Source of the DNA: a virus
IMG/VR virus record: IMGVR_UViG_3300012347_000193
Coordinates: 1-64,000 of that record
DNA length: 64,000 nucleotides
Strand: one strand, 5' to 3'
In this document: positions 58,101 to 64,000 of the stretch, piece by piece
Position numbering within the stretch: the first letter of the stretch is position 1
Layout: every line of letters begins with the position of its first letter
Translations under genes and position numbers: made by a program
The notes under the pieces: generated by a model
Databases searched by the model: none
What the model saw: only the letters and a program-made list of their open reading frames with translations
Told to the model about the DNA's origin: nothing

Positions 58101-61100
58101 AAAATTTAATGAAGCTAACTCTTTCGTAGTTGGAGCACCGACTGCTAAACGTTTACTACCTACTAAGTTTGACTTCAGCAACGATAAAAACGTACACAAT
58201 GATACGGTGTTCGATAATAACTTGACTGGATGGGAAGATAGTTTTGACGAAGCTGGCGCAGTGTACATGTACGATTATATTGATTCATATGATGAATCAT
58301 TGGACAACATCGGAAAATATATATACTCTCAGCCTTGTACAGATTTAGTGTCTGACTATGGTGTTAGACCTATGTTTGGTTTTGCAGTAGACTTCAACAA
58401 CTATAACGTTGTAGTAGGAGCACCTAAATTCAAAACATCAACAGTAGGTGGTAAGGCAGTAATCTTTAGAAATTACGCTAAGGAACCAAACTGGAAACTA
58501 TTCAGAGAGGCTGACCAAGTAGTTGATATTCATAAAATCAACAAGGTGCATTTGTTTAACAATGTAACAGATGTTACTAACATGGCTCTCGACTATATTG
58601 ATCCTCTACAGGGCAAGTTACTTGGTGTTGTCATTGAAAACTTAGACCATACTTCACCTGTAGATCCTGCATCATACAATAGTTCTGCGTCAACATCTAA
58701 CAAAGTATCTTGGAACAGTGCTCAATTAGGTAAGTTGTGGTTTGATACTAGTAACGTTCGTTTCTTAAACTACCATCAAAATGATGTAGCATACAACAGT
58801 AAATATTGGGGTCAAGTTTTCCCAGGAAGTGATGTTGCAGTGTACACTTGGATAGAAAGTTCAGTGCCTCCGGCTAGCTATACTGGTAACGGAACTCCGT
58901 TCGAACTAGAAAGTTATTCAGTCACATTCACTACGGATTCCACTGACACATTGGTACCTAAATATTATTTCTGGGTACGTGACACTAATATATTGAACAC
59001 CAAATACGGAAAGACTCTTTCGGATCAAATCATTGCTCGTTACATCGAGACACCTAAAGAATCCGGAGTTGCATTCTTAGCACCATTACGTGCAAACACA
59101 TTTGGATTGTATAATTCATACGATTACATCAATAACACATCTACTAATATCCATATAGGATTTAGCACAACTACAAATGACGTTTCAGGTCATAGTGAAT
59201 TCAAGCTAATTAGAACCGACTTCACAGAAGACTTCTTGCCTGGTTTCGTTGATATCAGAAAAGGATTCACTGAGCCAACTAGCTTGTACGAAAAATATAT
59301 TGATAGTTTTGCTGGTGCAGATAGTTCAGGTGCAGTAGTACCGGATCCAACTTTACCGTTGCTAATGCAAACTGGTATCAGTGTTCGTCCTAGACAGAGC
59401 ATGTTTGTTAACCGTTTGAGTGCGTTAGAAAATTATCTAACATACATCAATTCAGTATTAATTAATTATCCTATATTAGAGACTAGCCATGCTACCTTCT
59501 TGTATTCAGCGACTAATGAATTTGACACTACTGCGTATTGGGATGCAGTGTACTGGTGGGCAGAGGGATATTCTGCTACTACTCGTGCCAATCTTGAAGT
59601 ATCAGTTTATGACGACTTATATTCAGTTACTGCAAAAGAAAATCTAATAGTAGGAGTTTCTGCGAATGCTGTAGGAAAACGTGAGGTATATATTTACCAA
59701 AGCGGTACATGGAATAGAATTGGTCTAGAACAAGGCACCGTTCAATTCTCCTACAAATTATGGGACTACACAGCGAACAAAGTAGGCTTTGGTAATGAGT
59801 TCTTTGATACATCATTGTTTGATGCTTATCCATCGAACGAGACTAGAAACATCATTCGAGCTATTAATGAGCAACTATTAGTGGGTGAACTATTTGAATA
59901 TCGTAACAAGAGTTTAACTTTGATGTTTGAGTTTATTCAAAGCGAAAACGTTGAATTACATAATTACTTACCTTGGTTAAACAAGACACGTTTTGCCGAT
60001 GTTAGTTATGATATCCGCACGTTGAAGCAAACTCCTAGATACAAGGTAGATAACTCTCAGTTGCTAGAAGGTTACATCAATGAAGTGAAACCTTATAGTG
60101 TTGTAATCAAAGAATTCTTTGCAAAATATAATGTGATGGATACTGTTGCTAGTACTATTTCAGATTTTGATTTACCTTCATACTATGATACAGAGTTACA
60201 AAAGTTTGTGTCACCTCAAGTAGTATTTGGATCAACTGCTAGTCTAGATGAAAAAACTACAACTGATGCAATATGGAATGACTTTAAGTACTCAAATTGG
60301 AAAGACAACTTGGGTATGTTAATTAAAGGTGGCGAAACACGTTTAGTATCTTTCTTGAAAAAGTATGTCAGCTTAACATCGACCGACCTTGAAGTTGAGA
60401 ATGCCTACACGTTGCCAGTTGAAGGTATCTTAAAAATTAATTCGGAACAAATTGCATACAATAGAATAGACCGAGTTACTGGGAAATTAGAAGGCGTTAC
60501 TAGAGGAGTTAACGGAACAAGTACCGCAGTATACCTTACTGGAACCCCTGTCTATATGGACACACCGGATGTCACAGTGTTGGATTCAGGTAGAGATTAT
60601 GAATTTCCTCCTACTGTTACAGCATACATCAATACTACTGAATACCCTGCACCTCGCAGAGAAGCAGTATTAGAAGCAGTTATGAATAATGACCGAATGG
60701 TTGGTGTTAATGTAATTGACCCGGGTGAAGGGTATATAGTTGCTCCTGAAATTAAAATTTCAAGCAGCGTTGAGTATGTTTTTGACAACTTCGATTCATC
60801 CCAAGATGGTGCTACTAATTTTGTTGACCGCGAAAACAGTCAACTTCGTACAACAGTTGCCAACGTACTAGAAACAGGTGACACTGTACTAGTTACTAAT
60901 AACTCATCTTCATCAGTGCTAATACCTAATGGTTACTATTACGCACAAGTAGTGAAGAACACGTACGGTACTACTATTACCTTCTTCGATACTTTCCTTG
61001 AATCTTTCAATAGTTTAAATCCTATCAGATTCAATACGGGTGTAGTTACTTCTGGTTTCTCACTAACAGTGGGTATTGCAGCAAGAGCAATTGCAAATAC

Positions 61101-64000
61101 TGATACATCAGGTGTTAGAAACATATCGACTACTCTTAAATTTGACAGAGTAAGTTATACTAGTAGAGTAAAGAATTGGCAACCATACAAGTTCTGGTCT
61201 TCTGCATACACTAGTATTGGTAATGACGCATCATCTTCGGTTGACAGTAGTACTAATACAATGTTGTCTAGTTTACAGGGCGTTGTACTACCAATTCAAT
61301 ATTTGGACCCAACTGAAGAATTCGCAGTAGTCACTGTTGATTACAGCTATAGTAACATCTTACCAGGACAAGTAAATGAATCAATGTTGCAGTTCTACAA
61401 AGTAACCGGATCATACACTCCTGAGATTGTTGATGGTACTAATGGTAGAGCACACATTGAAATATACAGACCTAAATTTAGCAACGGTCAATTGTCTGAA
61501 GTATATACTATCAAGATTTTAGATGCAGGCTCAATCTATGCTAATGGTGATACTATTAGAATACAAGGATCAGACTTGGGCGGCGAAGACGGTACCAATG
61601 ATGCAACTATCTTAGTGAAGTTTGCAAATAAAGATACTGGTGCAATCCAAGTTGCTTCTATCTCAGGTCGTGCATCAGGCATCTTTGCAAAATATTATGT
61701 CAAAGCTATTGACAATACTAGACTGCAAATTTACTCAAACCCTACGTATACTCGCAAAGTACCTAGAGCGTCATTCGTATGGGGTGGTGAATTAAATGCT
61801 ACACAGAGCTTTGGTGCAGTAGGTAATGACTACGCATTCATGCCCGAGCCAATTGATGACGATTTCAGTGATTCGCATGATTCAGTTTCTTTAGTATCTT
61901 ACGCTGGCGTAATTTGGGCGTGTACTCAGAGTAATGCTGATGCTGAATTTAACCCAGCAAAGTGGCAACCTCTGACAACTACAGACTTGTCATTAACTGC
62001 ACTAGAAAGAATTGACGGATTCTATCAACCGGGTGTTGGAATGGTTCCAAAAGACCACCAACAATTATTGAAGGGTATCACTTATCCTAACCCAGTATAT
62101 CTAGGTAACAAATTTGCTCCCGATGAAGCGCTTCCAATCGATGTGGTATTGAATGATAACCAGTTTATCAAGAGTACATCAAACATTAAAGGTGTTGTCT
62201 TTAACGGTGAGACATATGTTGCTGTTGCAGAGACTGAAAACTCAATCACAGTGTTGGTCAGAAACGAGAATTTAACTTGGGATCCTGTTCCGTTATCGTC
62301 TGAACGCAAAACAGTTACTGGTATTTCATATTCAAATGAAATGTATGTAATCACAGTAGATGATGATGTGTGTCCAATGTATGTAAGTTTTGATTCTAAG
62401 AAATGGATTTCTACTTCTAAACAAACCTCATTCGACTCTTTAGATTATGATGACGGGTTATTTGACACATCATCAATCACGATTGAATCATTGGGACTGT
62501 TGGCTGTTAACAGAGTAGGTAATAGATTCTTTGTTAATAATACAGCTATCTCAACATCAGAAGATGGCATGATTTGGAAAAAAGTACACACGTTAGGTAA
62601 CAGAAAATACAGTATTATCAAAGATATCGCTTATGCTGAACTATCTGGATTTACAGGCTATATTGCTGTCGGAGAAGGGTACATTGTAACATCAGGGGCA
62701 AATACTCCTGCCCCGGTAGTAGAACTATCATCTAAAATCTTAATCAGTGCTGATGGATCAACATGGGAAGAAGTGTTGCCGGTGACTAGTGCATTTATAC
62801 CAGTCGCTGTTGCAACAAATGATGATGTGATAGTTATTGTTTGTAGAGATGGAAAGATATTTACAAGTGCTTCTCCTACTTCATGGGCAGAGTCAGTAAT
62901 TCTTGGTGATGATGTGACTGAGAATCTAATTGATGTAGCATTTGGTAACAATATGTTTGTTGCTATAGGTGAAGTTAATGCTGATGGCAATAGTGTAATT
63001 CTAATGTCATCTGATGGATTAACATGGACACAACAAACTAATGAGTTGATTGCAACTACTGCGTTGCATCACGTATACTTCGACGGCAGTAATTTCATCA
63101 TCAGTGGAGACCTTGGCACATTGATACAGAGTACAAACGGCGTAAACTGGGAGAATATCTTAGTTGTACGAAGCGAAGACCCGGTATACACCGTTAAGGG
63201 TAGTGACTTCTTGTTTGGTTATGGTCCAGAAGAATTAGTAGCGGGTGTAATCTCTGACAAACTTTCAATGAAAGTTAATACTGCCCCTGGTGCATATTGG
63301 AATCGCTCTGGTGCAGAAGAAATTTGGTACTATGCATCTGGATTTGGAATGAATCAGCAGTACTACACTGTTGATGGTCAACAGACTGTTAATTTTGATG
63401 GGCTAGCTGCAAATGGTATCGGGATGTCAGTATTCTTAGCTAATGTCGATGGAACAATGCAACGTTTGTATGAGGATAGAACTTATCCTAATATGGATTA
63501 TACATACAATGTCAACTGGAACTCTAAAGTTATTACATTTAATGATGTAGATTTAATCGGAGCTTCTGTCTTTGTTGAAGTGTATGAATTTGGAAACGCT
63601 GTAGAGAAGGCTCGCTCAAGTACTGATGCTCAGCCTCTTGTGCTTGATAGTTCTACTGGTCATAGTTCAATCTATACTGGTTTAGATTATGTAGCTTCTC
63701 CAGTAGATCCTGTGATATTTGCATACACTCCGACAACAGGCATGAAACAACTTGTACTTGGTGAAGATTTTAATATCGCAATAGAAGACGGTAAGTTGAA
63801 ACTCGCCCTCACAGAGGCATATAATCAAGAAACTGATTATGTTGTCTATACTATTCCTCGTACAGGTAAGAACCCTGATAATGTCGATGAACATTATGTA
63901 TCTTTCCCAGAAACTCAATTCTTTGTTAGCGGTGGTTCAGATTTTGTAATTGACCTTGATGTTTCACTACATAATATCCCTAACGCAATTGTAGAACTAA
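49123..64000 (+). CDS. Giant multidomain baseplate/adhesin protein (gp7-like position), >4959 aa, 3' end outside window
   Basis: ATG 49123 after AGGT SD: MTSRIRTLDFLPEIFKT...; spot-checked open in frame 1 and still open at ...NAIVEL at the window end; absence from the ORF track implies no in-frame stop; FG-GAP-like and Asp-box repeats. Confidence 0.85.
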   Translation, partial: MTSRIRTLDFLPEIFKTKPNEQFLSATLDTLTQQPKVEKLQGFIGNKFGYGVNSKDSYINEPTKSRNNYQLEPAVIFKKKDTDVPLDLLTYSGLNDALRLAGSNLPEHSLYSNQFYSWDSFTDLDKLVNYSQYYWLPTGPDPVTVTNLKLSTTVSYTVTSLPLSYSLSAKSQLVGDYNPKLTLVRGGVYYFNVDQTTPFYIQTSPDISGKLTSNPSISTRDIFGLTNNGATTGTIKFVVPQLNEQSDWELTFGLNADLTTAMSLSDIEAKPVGSVSIDGVTDLEGKTILFRSNTPGTRANLVSLYDENDIGFDGTEFDPTTETQLNNQLYTVTYVGDNTNGFFINLVEADSLPINKLIKIQFGDEFNGRSFVKNAFGEILLVPPVTANTDTYYYVDGVNPDKYGEIEIVDSIDSSFVNVEQILGKKTYTSANGITFTNGLCVQFAGNTFPAEYTRGSYIVEGVGDSINLILLSELLVPEIFSYQVSSPFDAQYFDTYSFGETFLYPKDKDYITISRNAKNKNAWSRSNRWFHVDVLKATLEYNPDAVIVSEALGNPEKMAKRPIIEFYPNLRLMNSGVSSKNNVSYINFTESQALFTAAGTSDFVPDGSTSYLYDGATIIFAADADLAVRSTVYKIQVSETVNTEVISIISLSGSLTNADGSKDVTYQVSPQTKSLPANKLLSVYGNENASFNGTFRIVSTTATTITLRYPTGTSGTWDEISPTYLKTNLETTLTEDSTVNYLDQVAIISGSTYGGKTFYFDGSNWVLAQQKDRINQPPLFDLFDNNNHSLSDTNFYPASDFEGCTLFEYAIGSGVNDTELNFPIKYNSVENIGDIVFNNSLNTQKFHYVLGNDSIESSVSIGYAHISTFENEFTRHLGWQTAIEESFQYQVFNMQYTGIPFTPTFICDVPVKTTTAWTPIVVYVDNARIADTEYTVSVSGDMTTIKLVNYPVIGTMVDIMLLSDTPSKIGYYQTPINLDHNPYNSQIETLSLGDIRGHYKSMFNNAPSVTGTAFGPNNFRDSGNLIPYGTRIIQNSAPLTLPASFLRNNDYNFFEALTFNSIEYIKYKATMINALDNNDFSYITSDAALLDEVISIITEPKTETSPFFWSDMLPSKNITQSKTYSFKTVLDTSIFQLLKVYDYNNANYNSVLVYLTRKTGSVVSTKQLINGIDYIISAEVAELTVLTDLIPGDKIVINEYAQTFGNFVPNTPTKLGLYPSFVPELILDSSYLTPTYFIKGHDGSYSKLYGNVVNGYMTDARDRLVFEFESRIYNNLKVLNKTISLKREDIVPGYFRSNQTQVNSFNEAYETQLLNWVGLNRIDLNSQFYDATNEFTWNYRGSKFKLDKTSLSQGNWRGIYLWLYDTATPNATPWEMLGLSNKPSWWDTHYGAAPYTSDNLIMWTDIANGYVWNNGEPYTSENLKRPGLLEILPVDSAGKLISPFTSCVATYDANTFNTMWEPLDMGPAEYSYIKSSSWPFDMVRMMVLTKPAKFFNLNVDLDFYQYSSEFNQYLVGERMRTPPTGIKIYGTDETTSAHSYINWIVDYSTQFGVVGSDEIKSIFSNTDVRLVYKAAGFTSKDMIKFFTENSSSSSTKASLIPEDSYSVLLYNNQPTDTIIYSSIVVQKTLAGYKVYGNKQSKAYFTVRTPISGLYEPVTVNGKTVQIAKSYSQQQMNVPYGFEFNTIERLLEFVKGYGLYLESQGMIFDDIENSLELSWDQMLAEVLYWTQSGWEVGSTVSINPAANILRIDTGNALVQPLTLSKQNFVLNQNLLPIALNDLSIHRVGTELSIKALNSGDALSFFVGNVSSIEHVIVFDNTTIFGDLIFDIVTGLRQQRLFVKGTKTAEWNGTLDAAGFIMSLDSITDWIPNQKYSKGTVVKFKSEYWMANVSIVQPKNTFDYSEWLKTTYEMVQQRMLPNQSTRSAEAALYYNKNTANLANDADLLSFSLIGYRPRDYLDSADLDDSSQVNLFSNFIEGKGTNQTVSGLNGITLKDDSVNYTVHENWAIKTSEFGGVLNHNYLQFTLDESKLVGNPSVVSIIEADAVEGAQQQVSMHNLTNYGRTLASNNILPQVDPDSIDYLPSAGYVNLDDVIEIGYRINDFSDAAITGVYKNDYLWVANKNSTWDVYTPVSSGALVTSVVNNLNDTVAVIFDKPHALLEGQSLGILNFDSRIDGYHTVDSVTSLTSIVISITLSAAVTNINGSGLVFLLQSQRVSTPRDIPNLPLLNTEYDSTKVWVDQGKDGGWKVFEKTNNYELTDIEKEFPNSSTGTAVAYVHGVGYLTGDPATGELSVYDTINDDGRYYEKAKISKPNTTFGQVIEHNTDVILVAAPSDTTSQIFVYRNASSEGITRPVFEQVLSVSGGKAGTALAISGDSNYIYVNAIDTDAEGEALLMFSLDANLLKTGTGMTTVSDIALYSKTFVVSGDQRAAIQDGQRISFITSYSLISTISDTFNYLVTNAFDGTNSSFKLSGDKRSLLGNGDVVSFGNSGVDKNRLYNITLTGYDPTSNKTTFYVEQQPIFWEDPVFVPPVAGTNVYKVSFATDAVYTVATGAYNTQTQQTTFYITSEFNQSIASGAQVYVASMNYELVQLFNPSQSWVFGDEYAASIATNYDGSKIFVGAPKHDQSASQQSTGLMYAYDRLFQNFEIQRDQKPGAIYVVRLPWYPAISSKVYLNGKLLASNKYTLILNAIIFGPIGILAGDIIKVSSDNLVLTGTFVNGNPSDLRSGQMFGYALDCNREGSEIIVSAPYAVTSDNKEGAVYRFTDQGKRYGTWVGVTSAALVEPTQILLNGYRANLFNVFALKSTVTNDSAVGATSHSVFVNPAEAALMPPSGLIGFRKIVSGDTYNIAYRSVDATTGEIKFAYADANDTSSDYFNPQVYDSVQGAWVSTTVTLTTDDTQIYAPLGSARNIADAIVKANITNVFAYSTEDNRLVIRLRDMSLAPNMNKLSVGVFNGNYWTMLGMLPYPIAQTITPPHDVAQTMFGAALKFNEANSFVVGAPTAKRLLPTKFDFSNDKNVHNDTVFDNNLTGWEDSFDEAGAVYMYDYIDSYDESLDNIGKYIYSQPCTDLVSDYGVRPMFGFAVDFNNYNVVVGAPKFKTSTVGGKAVIFRNYAKEPNWKLFREADQVVDIHKINKVHLFNNVTDVTNMALDYIDPLQGKLLGVVIENLDHTSPVDPASYNSSASTSNKVSWNSAQLGKLWFDTSNVRFLNYHQNDVAYNSKYWGQVFPGSDVAVYTWIESSVPPASYTGNGTPFELESYSVTFTTDSTDTLVPKYYFWVRDTNILNTKYGKTLSDQIIARYIETPKESGVAFLAPLRANTFGLYNSYDYINNTSTNIHIGFSTTTNDVSGHSEFKLIRTDFTEDFLPGFVDIRKGFTEPTSLYEKYIDSFAGADSSGAVVPDPTLPLLMQTGISVRPRQSMFVNRLSALENYLTYINSVLINYPILETSHATFLYSATNEFDTTAYWDAVYWWAEGYSATTRANLEVSVYDDLYSVTAKENLIVGVSANAVGKREVYIYQSGTWNRIGLEQGTVQFSYKLWDYTANKVGFGNEFFDTSLFDAYPSNETRNIIRAINEQLLVGELFEYRNKSLTLMFEFIQSENVELHNYLPWLNKTRFADVSYDIRTLKQTPRYKVDNSQLLEGYINEVKPYSVVIKEFFAKYNVMDTVASTISDFDLPSYYDTELQKFVSPQVVFGSTASLDEKTTTDAIWNDFKYSNWKDNLGMLIKGGETRLVSFLKKYVSLTSTDLEVENAYTLPVEGILKINSEQIAYNRIDRVTGKLEGVTRGVNGTSTAVYLTGTPVYMDTPDVTVLDSGRDYEFPPTVTAYINTTEYPAPRREAVLEAVMNNDRMVGVNVIDPGEGYIVAPEIKISSSVEYVFDNFDSSQDGATNFVDRENSQLRTTVANVLETGDTVLVTNNSSSSVLIPNGYYYAQVVKNTYGTTITFFDTFLESFNSLNPIRFNTGVVTSGFSLTVGIAARAIANTDTSGVRNISTTLKFDRVSYTSRVKNWQPYKFWSSAYTSIGNDASSSVDSSTNTMLSSLQGVVLPIQYLDPTEEFAVVTVDYSYSNILPGQVNESMLQFYKVTGSYTPEIVDGTNGRAHIEIYRPKFSNGQLSEVYTIKILDAGSIYANGDTIRIQGSDLGGEDGTNDATILVKFANKDTGAIQVASISGRASGIFAKYYVKAIDNTRLQIYSNPTYTRKVPRASFVWGGELNATQSFGAVGNDYAFMPEPIDDDFSDSHDSVSLVSYAGVIWACTQSNADAEFNPAKWQPLTTTDLSLTALERIDGFYQPGVGMVPKDHQQLLKGITYPNPVYLGNKFAPDEALPIDVVLNDNQFIKSTSNIKGVVFNGETYVAVAETENSITVLVRNENLTWDPVPLSSERKTVTGISYSNEMYVITVDDDVCPMYVSFDSKKWISTSKQTSFDSLDYDDGLFDTSSITIESLGLLAVNRVGNRFFVNNTAISTSEDGMIWKKVHTLGNRKYSIIKDIAYAELSGFTGYIAVGEGYIVTSGANTPAPVVELSSKILISADGSTWEEVLPVTSAFIPVAVATNDDVIVIVCRDGKIFTSASPTSWAESVILGDDVTENLIDVAFGNNMFVAIGEVNADGNSVILMSSDGLTWTQQTNELIATTALHHVYFDGSNFIISGDLGTLIQSTNGVNWENILVVRSEDPVYTVKGSDFLFGYGPEELVAGVISDKLSMKVNTAPGAYWNRSGAEEIWYYASGFGMNQQYYTVDGQQTVNFDGLAANGIGMSVFLANVDGTMQRLYEDRTYPNMDYTYNVNWNSKVITFNDVDLIGASVFVEVYEFGNAVEKARSSTDAQPLVLDSSTGHSSIYTGLDYVASPVDPVIFAYTPTTGMKQLVLGEDFNIAIEDGKLKLALTEAYNQETDYVVYTIPRTGKNPDNVDEHYVSFPETQFFVSGGSDFVIDLDVSLHNIPNAIVEL

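Noticed and set aside
38088-63918. Short minus-strand and out-of-frame ORFs inside the baseplate genes and the giant ORF
   Set aside because: Fully nested in long plus-strand genes; the apparent gene desert after 49106 is an artefact of the giant ORF having no stop in the window
1-64000. Stop-codon reassignment, tRNAs, introns/inteins, integrase or transposase
   Set aside because: Genes read through intact in the standard code (TAA dominant, TGA ends gp47), conserved proteins are uninterrupted, and no cloverleaf or mobile-element motif was seen by eye

Overview
A 64-kb segment of a large T4-superfamily myovirus (jumbo-phage-like, AT-rich, standard genetic code) containing most virion morphogenesis genes. 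1-21.9 kb (minus strand) is a cluster of about 18 modular tail-fibre/appendage genes. 21.9-31.5 kb (minus) holds two tandem small capsid-associated paralogs, the T4-ordered head module (gp23, gp22, gp21, acidic core protein, gp20) and a tape-measure-like protein with a Zn-peptidase motif. 31.6-32.6 kb (plus) is a gp26/gp51-like pair. 32.6-33.2 kb is a structured non-coding region. 33.2-37.8 kb (minus) has a Holliday-junction resolvase, gp46, gp47 and the late sigma factor gp55. 37.9 kb to the end (plus) is the baseplate module (gp54/48-, gp53-, gp27-, gp5-, gp25-, gp6-like) plus a giant ORF of >4,950 aa missing from the ORF track because it runs off the window. Most interesting observations: (1) a likely -1 programmed frameshift (T TTT TTC) fusing the gp26- and gp51-like ORFs next to the tape-measure gene, like lambda G/GT; (2) a ~360-nt structured minus-strand RNA followed by tandem-GA/GCGAAGC hairpins, suggesting an R-loop primer plus primosome-site origin; (3) a repeating terminus-connector-terminus pattern in the fibre genes, suggesting a plug-and-socket chained/branched fibre system; (4) leaderless late mRNAs and a covarying 5' leader hairpin. 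All assignments come from reading motifs by eye; no database searches were run.
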